DNA of 55,050 bases from an uncultured Candidatus Saccharibacteria bacterium (GTDB lineage: Bacteria; Patescibacteriota; Saccharimonadia; Saccharimonadales; CAIOMD01): positions 1 through 55,050 of the forward strand of contig CAIOMD010000001.1 in NCBI GenBank assembly GCA_903859365.1, given 5' to 3'. A program made the position numbers and the translations under genes. This document shows, piece after piece, positions 25,922 through 37,229 of this stretch. The notes under the pieces are model-generated. The model ran no database searches. It had not been told where the DNA came from and saw only the letters and a program-made list of their open reading frames with translations. The first letter of the stretch is position 1. Each line of letters starts with the position of its first letter.

Positions 25922-27553
25922 CTAGTTTCTAGGCAAATGAGTGAAAAAATGAGAGAGTGAATAGCTTTGTCGCATATTTTGTAACAGATCTTTCTCTAGA
26001 ACATCAATTTTAACGCCAGGATTTAAGGTGTTGTAGGGATCAAAAATTTGCTTCACTTTTCTGAAGATCTGATACATCTCTTCACCATACTGTAGACGTA
26101 TGTATGGCCCACGCACCCTTCCATCATTGTACCCTCCAGAAATAGACCCATCACATGAAACAACTAACTGATAAAATTCTTCCATTATTTTTATTAATTT
26201 TTGTCGATCGCCAACTTCGTTTAGATCGAAGAAGGGTTGCATATGAATATTTCCATCGCCTGCATGTCCCCACATCGGAACATCAAGATAATTAGCAGCA
26301 AATAGTTCTTGTGCTTTTTTTAAAAATTCGGGCAATGACTTGAGCGGCACTACACTGTCATCAATTGCAGGAATTGCTTTTTTTGTTCCCATCGATTCCC
26401 ATAACACTGCTGAGGCACTTTGCCTTATTTTGAGTAAACGCTCTTGCTCTACTAGGTCAAAAGAGACCTGTTGGTGATAGGAGAATTTTTGAAGTATTTT
26501 TTTTGCTTTTCTAATTTGTAGATGTTGCGTTCGAGATGCTCTGTTATCGAATTGGACAAAAACGATGGCTTGAGGAGCACTTTCATCAAGTAGTATTCCC
26601 TTTAAAAGGTTTGGAGAAGTTTTATGAACAAAAGATAGTAGACTGCCGCCTACGATTTCAAGTGATGATGGTATAAGTTTCTTCAGCGCTACTACAGCTT
26701 CCCCCGCTTTTTCTAAGTCATCAAAATAACCTATAGCTAAAGATTTCTTAGGGTTGTAGGAGGCCGCTTCGACTATAGCCTCAGTAATAATGCCAAGTGT
26801 TCCTTGTGACCCAACAAACAATTGGCTGAGATCCACAGACCCGTCCTTACTCATTACATTCTTTAGGTCATAGCCAGCATTATTAATTGAAGTGCTGGTT
26901 TGCGATTTCAAAAGATCTTTATGATCACTCAAGAGTCCAGTGAGAGCTCTATATACCTCACCTTCAAAAGTTGATTCGCCCATCTTTTTATTCACTTCTT
27001 TTTTTGAAAGTTTTTTTGCTTCAATTATTTCACCGTTCGCAAGTACTACTCTTAGTTGGCGCACGTAGTCTTTCATTACTCCATATTTAACCGATTGATC
27101 TGATGATGCATTATTAGCAAGTGCTCCTCCTATTGTTGAATATTCTAAGGATGCTGGTGCGGGGGGTAAGTGAAGACCATGAGTTTGTAATGTCTGTTGA
27201 AGGTGCCCAAAGTTAAGCCCTGCCTGCACTGTCACTACTCCCCTACTAGAATCAAGTGTCAATATCTTATTAAGATGAGCTGGAAAGGCTAGAATGATAC
27301 CTCGACCAATTGCTCCGCCGCCTAAATCGCTGCCTCCACCTCGTGAAGTAATAGAGATTGCTTTACCTCTTTCTGCGAGTTGCCAGGTAAATCGAGCAAC
27401 TTTTCTTATGTCCTGTTCGGTTCGAGGATAAACAACCATCTGAGGAGTGACTTTAAAAATACTCGCATCTGTCGAGAAATAATCTCGCACATCCACAGAT
27501 GCCACGACCTCTCCTTCGAGATGATTTTGCAAGTAATCAGTTGCTTTGCTCAT
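25922..27553 (-). CDS. FAD-binding oxidoreductase (GlcD/D-lactate dehydrogenase-like)
   Basis: TDAS, RGGGS, TIGG..ANN, GSQGTLG, GHAGDGNIH, FDP...LNPG. Confidence 0.85.
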   Translation of the reverse strand: MSKATDYLQNHLEGEVVASVDVRDYFSTDASIFKVTPQMVVYPRTEQDIRKVARFTWQLAERGKAISITSRGGGSDLGGGAIGRGIILAFPAHLNKILTLDSSRGVVTVQAGLNFGHLQQTLQTHGLHLPPAPASLEYSTIGGALANNASSDQSVKYGVMKDYVRQLRVVLANGEIIEAKKLSKKEVNKKMGESTFEGEVYRALTGLLSDHKDLLKSQTSTSINNAGYDLKNVMSKDGSVDLSQLFVGSQGTLGIITEAIVEAASYNPKKSLAIGYFDDLEKAGEAVVALKKLIPSSLEIVGGSLLSFVHKTSPNLLKGILLDESAPQAIVFVQFDNRASRTQHLQIRKAKKILQKFSYHQQVSFDLVEQERLLKIRQSASAVLWESMGTKKAIPAIDDSVVPLKSLPEFLKKAQELFAANYLDVPMWGHAGDGNIHMQPFFDLNEVGDRQKLIKIMEEFYQLVVSCDGSISGGYNDGRVRGPYIRLQYGEEMYQIFRKVKQIFDPYNTLNPGVKIDVLEKDLLQNMRQSYSLSHFFTHLPRN

Positions 27554-27616
27554 TATTTATTTCCCTCAAATTACAGATTAATAATACCATAAGTAGAAAG
27601 ACCTTTGGTATGTTGT

Positions 27617-29389
27617 TTAAAGGTCTTTTGTTCGCACGGTTTTCACCATCCACTCATTAATATTATTAAATCTATCAGCAGGTACGTTAAGAGGAGTGTG
27701 CGAATTGTATCCGTATACCTGTTGGTTTGAAATATATAAATATCTCGGTTGATATAATCCAATCGCAGGTGCATCACTTTGCCAAGCTTGTAAAAATGGC
27801 TGATATTTTGCTGCCCGCAAATCAATGTCAGTATTGATTCTTGCTCCTTCTATGGCAAGATCAGCAACCTTAGATGAATATTCAGATAGGTTGAGGTGTA
27901 TGGGCGTCTTCTTGCCTATTTGACTAGAGTCCCAATACGCAAAAACATCTGGATCGGCTCCTATATTAATTCCATAAAGCAAGACATCGTATTGATGTGT
28001 ATCTAAAAATTTAGGGGCTGCTGAAGTATCTTGCCCGATGGTAATATTGACATGCACTCCCAGGCTTGACCATTCTTGCTGCACAACATCTATAATTCGA
28101 GCAAGTTCGTCATCCTGCTGATACGTTATATTGAGGGTAAGGTCTTGCCCATTTTTTTGTCGATAGGCCTTACCAGGCACTACAATCCATCCAGCTTTAT
28201 CTAGTAAGCTTTTTGCTTGATTCTCGTCGTAAGGACTTTGAGAATAGATTGGATTATAGCCAATCTGGCCCTTTAATATCGGTTCTCGAACGGGAACCCC
28301 CTTATAGCCAACTGCCTGCATTATGCTTCCTATATCTGTACCTGCAGTTAAGGCTTTTCGAACATTAACGTCACTGAGTATAGATGAAGAATTATTGAGA
28401 AAAAGCATGTTCGCACTCATAAGATTAAAACTATTAATAAAATACTTACTGGGAATTTGACTATCCTTTGTTATGAGTCCAGCTGCTGAGATAATTTGTT
28501 TTTTAGCTAAAGCTGAAAGTAAAGCATCAGAACTTGAATAAGTACGAAATGTTATTGCATCAAGTTTTGCTACCCCCCTGTAGTAATTATCAAATTTCTT
28601 CAATTCAATAATTTGCCCCTGACTGTTAGTGGATATACCACTGAATTTGAAGGGACCAGATCCTACGGGATTCGTTGTATTAAAACTAATGCTTCTCATC
28701 TGAACAGGAGCTACTTTAGATAAAAGATGTTGTGGCAAGATTCCAGTGGTTAAGGAATTCAGAAATGGTGCATAAGAATTAGACAGCGTAAATTTAATAG
28801 TTCTTTCATTAATCTTGGTGACGGTGACGCCACTCCAGTTTCCTATATAAGGAGATTGCGCATCAGGATTTTGCATCATTTGATACGTAAACACCACATC
28901 ATCAGCAGTTAACTTTTGTCCATCCTGCCACTTTAGATTAGGTTTCAGGATTATAGTATATTCTGTTGCGCTGGAATTAACTTGCCAAGACTGCGCTAAA
29001 TCCCCCACTAATTTATTACTGCTATCGTAAGTTACTAAGCCACTGAATAATAGTTTTGAAATTGCGGTATCAACTGCGCTGCTTGCATATATGGGGTTTA
29101 CATTACTAAGCGTTCCCACCATTCCTTCACTATAGAGACCTCCTGGAACAGGAGTTGGTGTTAGATAGTAGCTACCTAAAGAACGTATCTGAACACCTAG
29201 AATGATAATTAGTAAAATTAGTAGACTTATCCAACTCGTAGCGAATCTTTGAGATGATTTTACATTCTGCCAACGTCTAAAAATATGTCTATCGAGTTGT
29301 TTGTTTGCAGAAAAACTGAAAGCAGCAAGCTGTCTCTTTTGGCTACGTATCTTCCTTTTTAGAATCAACCGCTTAGAAGGTTTTGACAT
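27617..29389 (-). CDS. Peptide ABC transporter substrate-binding protein (SBP family 5), membrane-anchored
   Basis: LFSGL, DLAQSW, WQDG..LTADDVVFT, PVGSGPFK, VRKAL. Confidence 0.9.
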   Translation of the reverse strand: MSKPSKRLILKRKIRSQKRQLAAFSFSANKQLDRHIFRRWQNVKSSQRFATSWISLLILLIIILGVQIRSLGSYYLTPTPVPGGLYSEGMVGTLSNVNPIYASSAVDTAISKLLFSGLVTYDSSNKLVGDLAQSWQVNSSATEYTIILKPNLKWQDGQKLTADDVVFTYQMMQNPDAQSPYIGNWSGVTVTKINERTIKFTLSNSYAPFLNSLTTGILPQHLLSKVAPVQMRSISFNTTNPVGSGPFKFSGISTNSQGQIIELKKFDNYYRGVAKLDAITFRTYSSSDALLSALAKKQIISAAGLITKDSQIPSKYFINSFNLMSANMLFLNNSSSILSDVNVRKALTAGTDIGSIMQAVGYKGVPVREPILKGQIGYNPIYSQSPYDENQAKSLLDKAGWIVVPGKAYRQKNGQDLTLNITYQQDDELARIIDVVQQEWSSLGVHVNITIGQDTSAAPKFLDTHQYDVLLYGINIGADPDVFAYWDSSQIGKKTPIHLNLSEYSSKVADLAIEGARINTDIDLRAAKYQPFLQAWQSDAPAIGLYQPRYLYISNQQVYGYNSHTPLNVPADRFNNINEWMVKTVRTKDL

Positions 29390-29395
29390 ATCTTA

Positions 29396-29614
29396 TTATT
29401 TCGAAATAATTCCAAGAACTATTGAGAGAACAAAAATAACTCCAACGATTATTGTCATCTGAAAAATAGTTTTATCAGAACCCCTTCGAACAGTATTAAC
29501 CTCAGCTGAACCTCCGAAACCAGCTCCAAGTGAAGCTCCTCTAGTCTGAAGCAGAATCAAAATTGCCATGAAAACTGATGAACCGATTGTTATATAGTTG
29601 AATAAATTATGCAT
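29396..29614 (-). CDS. secG: Preprotein translocase subunit SecG
   Basis: ILLQTRGASLGAGFGG, two TM segments, 72 aa. Confidence 0.9.
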   Translation of the reverse strand: MHNLFNYITIGSSVFMAILILLQTRGASLGAGFGGSAEVNTVRRGSDKTIFQMTIIVGVIFVLSIVLGIISK

Positions 29615-29981
29615 TGTCTTTTCCTATTAAATCCGTTGCTATTGTTACTATATAGTTTAGCAGGCTTATCACTATACCGACAAGAACCGCTACCCAAAAA
29701 GAATCAATTTTAAGTGGTCTGTAGAGTAGGCTTGTGAGGTAAACAACGAAACCATTGATTACAATCAGAAAAAATCCAAGTGTGAGAGCGATTGCGGGTA
29801 ATGTGAAGATAATTAAAATAGGCTTTACGATCGCATTTAAAATGGAGACGACAAGGGCAGCAATGATTATTTTATATACCCCACCTATTGATGTAATAAA
29901 ATGCAAAACAGAGGCGCAAGCCCATAGGGCACCAATGTTAACAACCCATCTTAGTATAAAAGTATAAAATTGTTTTTTCAT
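29607..29981 (-). CDS. 4-TM phage-holin-like membrane protein (YvlD/DUF360)
   Basis: LNAIVKPILIIFTLP...TLGFF..VING motif. Confidence 0.85.
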   Translation of the reverse strand: MKKQFYTFILRWVVNIGALWACASVLHFITSIGGVYKIIIAALVVSILNAIVKPILIIFTLPAIALTLGFFLIVINGFVVYLTSLLYRPLKIDSFWVAVLVGIVISLLNYIVTIATDLIGKDNA

Positions 29982-29996
29982 AGCAAGCAGAAATCA

Positions 29997-31205
29997 TTAT
30001 AGCAGTGAAATAGAATTATCGCCGATAATTTGAGCACCTTTTTTTGTTATGACGATATCATCTTCTATGCGTACACCTATGCCTTTTTCTTTCCAATATA
30101 TCCCTGGCTCAATCGTAATTGTCATATTTTCTTGAAGTGGCATTTCATAATCCCCGACATCGTGGACATCAAGACCAATAAAATGCGATACTCCGTGCGG
30201 AAAGAAATTAAAAACATCTTCTTTGGAATGTCTTTTATTAAGCGCTCCGATACTGACTAATTGATTTGATATTTCTTGGTGTGTCAATAAAGCAAGTTCC
30301 CTAAAAGTCATACCTGGTTTTATTCTCTGAATAATTTCTTTTTGAATATATGTAACAGCACTAATGACGTCTTTTTCGAATTTTGAGACGTTACCTTTGA
30401 CAAATGTTCGGGATATATCTGCTGCATAATTAGAAACTTCTGCCCCAACATCTAGTAAGATTACTGAGTTATTTTTAATAGGGTGACTGTTTTCAATGTA
30501 ATGCAGGGTGCAACTATTAGCACCACTTGCAACAATAGGCTGGTAAGCATGACCCGAAGCCCCAAGTAAACTAAATTGTTTGGTGATTTCTGCTTCTATG
30601 GATTTCTCCGTTGAAAATGAGTTGAGTGAATTTTCAATTTTTCTGAGTGCTGCGTAGGTTATTGTTGCAGCTTGCGACATCACCTCAAGCTCTTCAGAAT
30701 TTTTGATCATACGAAACGATGACAAAGTTTTTGAAATATTTTCATATTCAAAATTATATTTCTTCAATCTATTAAGACATATGTCATGAAATGGATTATC
30801 TAAAATAGTATCGCTATTATTTTGCCCCACTACTGTATATACGTTTTTTATATTTAGTTTCCCTAGTCGACTCCATCCAGATTCGATATCTAAAATTTCA
30901 TCCACACCACTTTGTTCTTTTATAGATTGCAAGTTTTGGCTTCCGTCGAAAATAGCATGAATACCTTCTCTAATCGGTAAACTAATAAACGTTTCTTTTG
31001 ATGCTAAATCCATTACCAAAAATGCCGACGGCTCATTAACTCCTGTTAAGTAGTAGAAATCACTATCTTGCCGGAAAGGAAAATGTGTGTCACCCGATCG
31101 CTGAAGGAGCGCATTGCCACTAATGAATACGATACCCTTACTTCCAAGTTTTCTTGCTAGCTTATTCCTGTTTTCTGAAAAAAATTCACTAGTAAGTTTA
31201 TTCAT
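29997..31205 (-). CDS. pepP: Xaa-Pro aminopeptidase (M24B)
   Basis: FRQDSDFYYLTG, LHY, DVGAE...DISRT, HFIGLDVHD, EPGIY, GVRIEDD. Confidence 0.9.
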   Translation of the reverse strand: MNKLTSEFFSENRNKLARKLGSKGIVFISGNALLQRSGDTHFPFRQDSDFYYLTGVNEPSAFLVMDLASKETFISLPIREGIHAIFDGSQNLQSIKEQSGVDEILDIESGWSRLGKLNIKNVYTVVGQNNSDTILDNPFHDICLNRLKKYNFEYENISKTLSSFRMIKNSEELEVMSQAATITYAALRKIENSLNSFSTEKSIEAEITKQFSLLGASGHAYQPIVASGANSCTLHYIENSHPIKNNSVILLDVGAEVSNYAADISRTFVKGNVSKFEKDVISAVTYIQKEIIQRIKPGMTFRELALLTHQEISNQLVSIGALNKRHSKEDVFNFFPHGVSHFIGLDVHDVGDYEMPLQENMTITIEPGIYWKEKGIGVRIEDDIVITKKGAQIIGDNSISLL

Positions 31206-31209
31206 TTTT

Positions 31210-32703
31210 TTACCCTTTCAGATATGGCATTAATTTATGGGCTTTTTTCTTGCCAAGAATTTCTGCAATTTGGGTTTCTGTTGCAAGCTTCAGGCCACTG
31301 ACTGAATCAAAATGAATCAAAAGTTTTCGTTTGGTCATTGGACCGATTCCAGGCACATCATCAAGCATGCTCGCTGTCTGTCGGCTCGTTTTTAACACAC
31401 TATGATAACTTACCGCGAAACGATGAGATTCATCTCTTATTCGTTGCAGTAATTTTACAATATTTGCATTATTGGGAATGTCTAAGCGAACAAAATCATT
31501 TGACTCATCAGTTCTAAAACCCCTAAGTTGCAGAAGTTTTTTGTCGTTAATGGTGACAAAGCTTTTTTCTTTATGGACAACAATTTCTTCATATTTCTTA
31601 GCAAGTCCTATCATTGGAACTGTAAGTCCCAGTTTATCTCGTGCGGCGATGGCAGCACCAAGCTGACCCTTACCGCCATCAATGAGCATTATCGCTGGGA
31701 TTCCCCACGCTGCAACATTTTTTTCACTCAACCTTCTTAAGATAACTTCATTCATATGTGCAAAGTCATCATTGCCAGGAATACGCATTTTAAATTTTCG
31801 ATAATTTCGCTTGTCAGCAACGCCGTTTACAAATACCACCATACTTGCGACAGTATCAGTACCTGACATATGACTTATATCAAACCCTTCGATTCGTCTT
31901 GGAGCACTCGAAAGTTTAAAAAGATCCATCATATCTGCAAGCGCGTGATCTTTGGATAAATCAAGCGCCTCTTTGTCTCCAAATAAAACCTGCGCACGTA
32001 AAGAACGTAGTGCTAACAATTTATTACGAAGATAAGCAGCTTGCTCAAATGATTGGCTTTTTGAAGCTTTATGCATTTCTTTTTCAATTTCACTAATTAC
32101 TTTATTTTGCGATCCCTTGATGTAAGCAACAAGTCGTTTTAGATTTTTTATATATTGAGCGCGGTCATACTCTTCAGTTTCCGGACCAGGACAAAGTCCA
32201 ATATGATAATCAAGGCAAGCACGACTCGGAAGTGTGGTATGAGTTGAATAAGGAAAGGCTTTCCTAAGATATCGCAAAGCTTTTCGTACGGGGCCAGATT
32301 GTAGAAATGGTCCGTAATACTCGGCGCCATCGTCATAGGGGCGTCTTGTAACACTAACAAGGGGTGCCTTGTCTTTGAAAGATATACGGATATAGCAACT
32401 AGATTTATCATCACGAAGCAGGATATTGTAACGTGGTAGATATCGGCGCACCATTTCAGCTTCTAAAAATAAAGCATCGACTTCACTATCGACTTCAATC
32501 CAATCAACATCATCAATTTCACTTACCAACAAATCTGTTTTTGTGTCACGAAATCTACTTTCTTGAAAATATTGACGAACTCTATTGCGAAGCACTGCTG
32601 CCTTACCAACGTAGATAATCTGCCCTTCGGCGTTCTTATGAAAATAAACACCAGGAGTCTTTGGCAGTGTAGCTAATTTTTCTTTTAGCTTTGGGCTCAT
32701 CAA
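31210..32703 (-). CDS. uvrC: Excinuclease ABC subunit C
   Basis: PGVY..IYVGKA GIY-YIG, UVR domain, RIEGFDISH, IDGGKGQ, RIRDESHRFA, HhH. Confidence 0.95.
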   Translation of the reverse strand: MMSPKLKEKLATLPKTPGVYFHKNAEGQIIYVGKAAVLRNRVRQYFQESRFRDTKTDLLVSEIDDVDWIEVDSEVDALFLEAEMVRRYLPRYNILLRDDKSSCYIRISFKDKAPLVSVTRRPYDDGAEYYGPFLQSGPVRKALRYLRKAFPYSTHTTLPSRACLDYHIGLCPGPETEEYDRAQYIKNLKRLVAYIKGSQNKVISEIEKEMHKASKSQSFEQAAYLRNKLLALRSLRAQVLFGDKEALDLSKDHALADMMDLFKLSSAPRRIEGFDISHMSGTDTVASMVVFVNGVADKRNYRKFKMRIPGNDDFAHMNEVILRRLSEKNVAAWGIPAIMLIDGGKGQLGAAIAARDKLGLTVPMIGLAKKYEEIVVHKEKSFVTINDKKLLQLRGFRTDESNDFVRLDIPNNANIVKLLQRIRDESHRFAVSYHSVLKTSRQTASMLDDVPGIGPMTKRKLLIHFDSVSGLKLATETQIAEILGKKKAHKLMPYLKG

Positions 32704-32708
32704 AGTCC

Positions 32709-33605
32709 TTACGCTGTTACCAAAGTATTGTTTTTATTTGCACAAATTTTAGAACACGTATCAATAGCCTGATGACATTTTTCACACATGAGTACAAGAT
32801 TATTACATGGCTTGTATGCGCAATTCTCAAAATTGCTCGTATTGCCCTTGCATCGTATACATATACCAATCTTTTTTGCCTTGTCACTAAATTCAAGATT
32901 CATTCTATCGTCAAAAACGTATAGTGAGCCTTCCCAGAAACCTTCATCTGCAAAAGCTTCGCCATACTTAACTATCCCACCATCCAATTGATACACATCC
33001 TTAAACCCTCTTTTTTTCATTAATGAACTAAGGATTTCGCAACGAATTCCACCAGTACAATAAGTCACGACTGCTTTATCTTTGATATCATCATATTTAT
33101 CGCTATCAAGTTCTGAAATAAAATCTTTTGTAGTACGAGTATCAGGAATTACTGCATCTTTAAATTTACCAATTTGCGCCTCGTAAGCATTTCGGCCATC
33201 AAAGAAAACTACATCATCACCTTTTTCTTTTAAAAGATTATGGAGTTCAGCAGGTTTTAAATGTTTTCCCGCTCCGATGACTCCTTTTTGATTAACCTTG
33301 ACTTCATCTGGCACACCGAAAGAGACAAGTTCGGGCCTAACCTTAACTTGCAATTTAGGGAAGTTTTCACGGGTACCATCCGACCATTTAAATTCAGTTC
33401 CTTTAAAACCAGAAAATTGTTTAGTTTCTTTGATATATCGCTTAAGATCTTCTATATCTCCGCCTACTGTGCCATTAATACCATGCTTTGAAATAATAAT
33501 ACGTCCTTTGAGATTAAGCTTTTCACACAAGGTTCTCTGCCACAGCTTTAACACATCCGGATCTTTAATCGGAGTAAATTTATAAAATAAAAGTATCTTT
33601 TCCAT
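32709..33605 (-). CDS. trhO: Rhodanese-domain tRNA uridine(34) hydroxylase (YceA/TrhO)
   Basis: LLFYKF, LKGRI...[28 protein letters not shown]. Confidence 0.88.
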   Translation of the reverse strand: MEKILLFYKFTPIKDPDVLKLWQRTLCEKLNLKGRIIISKHGINGTVGGDIEDLKRYIKETKQFSGFKGTEFKWSDGTRENFPKLQVKVRPELVSFGVPDEVKVNQKGVIGAGKHLKPAELHNLLKEKGDDVVFFDGRNAYEAQIGKFKDAVIPDTRTTKDFISELDSDKYDDIKDKAVVTYCTGGIRCEILSSLMKKRGFKDVYQLDGGIVKYGEAFADEGFWEGSLYVFDDRMNLEFSDKAKKIGICIRCKGNTSNFENCAYKPCNNLVLMCEKCHQAIDTCSKICANKNNTLVTA

Positions 33606-33681
33606 TACTGCTATTATATCAGGGGTGGCACTTGTTTAGAATGGCTAAATTAATAATACTTTATGATACAATTAATCCACT

Positions 33682-34368
33682 GTGAAAAATAAAAAAAATT
33701 TACTCATCATTGCAGCAATTGTTTTATTTTTGTTAGCTGGAGCAGCTTACGGCTCAAAACATATTCAAGCTAGTAAAATTATTGAAACTGGTGGTGCTAT
33801 AGCACTATTTGCAATTCTTTTCTCTGAAACGGGGCTTCTCGTTGGATTTTTTCTACCCGGAGATACACTTATATTTGCAGCCGGTTTTTTTGGGTCACAG
33901 GGAAAAATAAGCATTTCGGCTGCACTACTTGCAATGTATGCAGGGTCAGTACTTGGAAATATGCTCGGCTACGAGATAGGTAAACGAGGACTTCACAAAT
34001 TATTTGTGAAAAAAGATTCATTCTTCTTCAAAAAAGAATATTTAGAAGAAGCTGAGGGTTTTTACAAAAAAAATGGAGGTAAGACAATTATCCTCGCACG
34101 ATTTATTCCAATTATCAGAACATTTGCACCGCTTGTAGCTGGAATGGCCGAAATGGAGTATAAGAAGTTCTTTCTATATAACATGTTTAGTGGAGCACTT
34201 TGGGTTGGTGGAGTAACGACTATAGGTTGGTGGGCGGGTAAAGTTTTTGGAAAATTCTTCAATATTGACAAGTATTTATTCCCAGTGATTATACTCGCAA
34301 CTCTTGCAACTTTTGCTTCTAGTGCATGGCATTTGCGTAGTACTAAAAAGAAAAAAGAAATTAAATAA
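33682..34368 (+). CDS. DedA family membrane protein
   Basis: [29 protein letters not shown]. Confidence 0.92.
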   Translation: MKNKKNLLIIAAIVLFLLAGAAYGSKHIQASKIIETGGAIALFAILFSETGLLVGFFLPGDTLIFAAGFFGSQGKISISAALLAMYAGSVLGNMLGYEIGKRGLHKLFVKKDSFFFKKEYLEEAEGFYKKNGGKTIILARFIPIIRTFAPLVAGMAEMEYKKFFLYNMFSGALWVGGVTTIGWWAGKVFGKFFNIDKYLFPVIILATLATFASSAWHLRSTKKKKEIK

Positions 34369-37171
34369 TTTTCTTTAAAAATTGTCCCGTGTAAGAAGCT
34401 GTTATTTTGCTCACTTGCTCTGGTGTTCCTTCGGCAATAACGTAACCACCGGCATCACCACCTTCTGGACCCATATCAATAATATGATCAGCTGACTTAA
34501 TAACATCTAAATTGTGCTCTATAACTACCATCGAATTACCTGCATCAACAAGTGCATGAAGCACGTCAAGAAGTTTTGCGACATCTGCAACGTGCAATCC
34601 AGTTGTAGGTTCATCTAGTATATAAAGTGTTTTACCTGTTGGGCGACGAGACAGTTCTGTCGCAAGTTTAATTCTTTGTGCTTCTCCTCCACTGAGTGTA
34701 GTTGCTGATTGCCCTAATGTAATATACCCAAGCCCAACGTCCACTAATGTTTGAAGTTTACGATTAATCGATGGGATATTCTCAAAAAATTCAAGTGCCT
34801 GTTCGCATGTCATTGCGAGCACATCACTGATAGTTTTACCTTTGTAATGTATTTCAAGTGCCTCGCGATTATAGCGCTTTCCGTGACACTCTTCGCAAGG
34901 AACATAAACATCTGGAAGGAAGTGCATTTCAATCTTTATAATTCCATCACCCGAACAATTCTCGCACCTTCCGCCTCGAACATTAAAGCTAAATCTACCT
35001 GGACCATACCCCCTAAGTTTTGCTTCTGGCATGGCTGCAAAAAGTTCTCTTATTGGGGTGAAAAGACCCGTATAGGTAGCAGGGTTACTTCGAGGAGTTC
35101 TTCCAATAGGAGATTGATCAATAATTATAGCTTTGTCTAAATTTTCAATTCCTTTAATATCTTCATGATGGCCCGAAACAGTATTTGCTCGATGTAATTG
35201 AGCTGATAATTCTTTAGCCAAAATATCATTAATAAGACTCGATTTTCCTGATCCACTTACGCCACTCACTACAACAAATTCACCAAGTGGGATTGAGACT
35301 TCAACATTCTTAAGATTATTTTCTGTTGCGCCAACAATGATAATTTCCTTACCATTGCCTTTTCGACGCTTTTTAGGAGTTTGAATTTTCTTAGTCCCTT
35401 TTAGGTACTGTCCCGTAATGCTCTTGGCGTTGTTCTCAACTTCCTTGGGTGTGCCATGCGCCACAATCTGCCCGCCATGAATACCCGCTCCTGGACCTAT
35501 ATCTACTAAATAATCCGCCGTTCGTATTGTATCCTCGTCATGTTCTACGACAATCACACTATTTCCTAAATCCCTGAGTCTTTTGAGTGTTTTTATTAAT
35601 CGTTCATTATCCCTTTGATGCAACCCGATTGATGGTTCATCGAGAACATACAGAACCCCCGTAAGCCCTGAACCAATTTGAGTTGCAAGTCTAATCCGCT
35701 GCGCTTCGCCGCCACTGAGAGTAACAGCACTTCGTCCCAGACTTAGATAGTTAAGACCAACGTCTTGTAGGAAAATAAGTCGAGCATCAATTTCTTTACG
35801 TATTTGATAAGCAATTTTTGATTCAACTTCATTTAGCTCCAAACCTTTAAAGAAAAGAACGGCATCGTCAATTGATAAATCACAAATATCTATGATTGAA
35901 AAATTACCTACTGTCACTGCAAGTACTTCTGGCTTAAGGCGCCTACCGCTACACGCATGACAAGGTCTTTCTTGCATGAATTTTTCAATATCTTTTCTAA
36001 CAAATTCACTGTCTGTTTCTTTATGGCGTCTCTCAAGATTTGGTATTACACCCTCAAAAGTTGTTTCAACAGAGCGACCCCCACCGAGTGGCACTCTGTA
36101 AATCTGTTTACCAGTTCCATAAAGTACTTTTTGCATCTGCTCGTCTGAAAGCTCTCCTGTTGGAACGTGTGTGCTAAAACCATTTGCCTCTGCCATCACT
36201 TCAACTTTTTTAAGATACCAGCCATCGATACGAATTCTGTTCCATGGACGCACAGCACCCTCGGCGATTGTCAGTCTGCCATTTGGAATTACCATTTCAG
36301 GATCAACTTCAAGTCGATTGCCGAGCCCCGTGCAGACACTACAAGCGCCATGTGGAGAATTAAAGCTAAATGTCCGGGGTTCAAGCTCTGGAATTAGAAT
36401 ATCAGGATGATCGATACAGGCGTAATTAAGAGAGTAAATAGTTTCTTTATTTGTGTCAGCATTAATAATAAGAAGTCTTCCCTCGGCTATATCAAGTGCC
36501 TGCTCAATAGATTGGCTAAGTCTTGATGCTCCGTCATCATTTACCACCATTCTATCAACAACAAGTTCAATGCTGTGCTTCTTTGCTTTATCTAGCTCAG
36601 GAAATTCATCAAGGGAATATACGACTTCATCAACTCGAACTCGTGCAAATCCAGCTCTTTGAAATTGTTCAGGAATATGCTCAAAAGCACCCTTTTTATC
36701 TACAATAATTGGAGCAAGGACTGAGATTCTATTATCTTTATTTTCTTTTGACACTTGGTCAACGATAGCTGTTGGTGTTTGACGCGTAACAGATTTTCCA
36801 CAGATTGGACAATGTGGAACTCCGATTCTAGCAAATAAAAGTCTTAGATAATCATATATTTCGGTTACCGTTGCAACAGTTGAGCGAGGATTTCGACTTG
36901 TAGACTTTTGATCAATAGATATTGCAGGGCTAAGTCCATCAATTTGATCTACATCGGGCTTTTCCATTAAGCCTAGGAATTGTCGTGCGTAGCTGCTAAG
37001 ACTTTCTACATACCTTCTTTGCCCTTCTGCATAAATCGTATCAAAAGCCAGACTCGATTTTCCTGAGCCTGATAAGCCTGTTATGACCACTAATTGATTG
37101 CGCGGCAAATCTACACTAATATTTTTTAGATTATGCTCGCGAGCACCTTGAATACGTATAAAGTCTTGCAT
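34361..37171 (-). CDS. uvrA: Excinuclease ABC subunit A
   Basis: GAREHNLKN, two Walker A motifs ([16 protein letters not shown]), LSGGEAQR twice, Zn fingers. Confidence 0.98.
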   Translation of the reverse strand: MQDFIRIQGAREHNLKNISVDLPRNQLVVITGLSGSGKSSLAFDTIYAEGQRRYVESLSSYARQFLGLMEKPDVDQIDGLSPAISIDQKSTSRNPRSTVATVTEIYDYLRLLFARIGVPHCPICGKSVTRQTPTAIVDQVSKENKDNRISVLAPIIVDKKGAFEHIPEQFQRAGFARVRVDEVVYSLDEFPELDKAKKHSIELVVDRMVVNDDGASRLSQSIEQALDIAEGRLLIINADTNKETIYSLNYACIDHPDILIPELEPRTFSFNSPHGACSVCTGLGNRLEVDPEMVIPNGRLTIAEGAVRPWNRIRIDGWYLKKVEVMAEANGFSTHVPTGELSDEQMQKVLYGTGKQIYRVPLGGGRSVETTFEGVIPNLERRHKETDSEFVRKDIEKFMQERPCHACSGRRLKPEVLAVTVGNFSIIDICDLSIDDAVLFFKGLELNEVESKIAYQIRKEIDARLIFLQDVGLNYLSLGRSAVTLSGGEAQRIRLATQIGSGLTGVLYVLDEPSIGLHQRDNERLIKTLKRLRDLGNSVIVVEHDEDTIRTADYLVDIGPGAGIHGGQIVAHGTPKEVENNAKSITGQYLKGTKKIQTPKKRRKGNGKEIIIVGATENNLKNVEVSIPLGEFVVVSGVSGSGKSSLINDILAKELSAQLHRANTVSGHHEDIKGIENLDKAIIIDQSPIGRTPRSNPATYTGLFTPIRELFAAMPEAKLRGYGPGRFSFNVRGGRCENCSGDGIIKIEMHFLPDVYVPCEECHGKRYNREALEIHYKGKTISDVLAMTCEQALEFFENIPSINRKLQTLVDVGLGYITLGQSATTLSGGEAQRIKLATELSRRPTGKTLYILDEPTTGLHVADVAKLLDVLHALVDAGNSMVVIEHNLDVIKSADHIIDMGPEGGDAGGYVIAEGTPEQVSKITASYTGQFLKKII

Positions 37172-37229
37172 AATATAACACTGTATTCTAGCGCATTATG
37201 AGCTTTTTTTCTAGTGTTTGCAGCAATCT

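Noticed and set aside
29607-29981. Holin-like gene (with the baseplate J-like gene at 45934) as evidence of a prophage
   Set aside because: Both sit in housekeeping operons; no capsid, terminase, integrase or tail genes in the window
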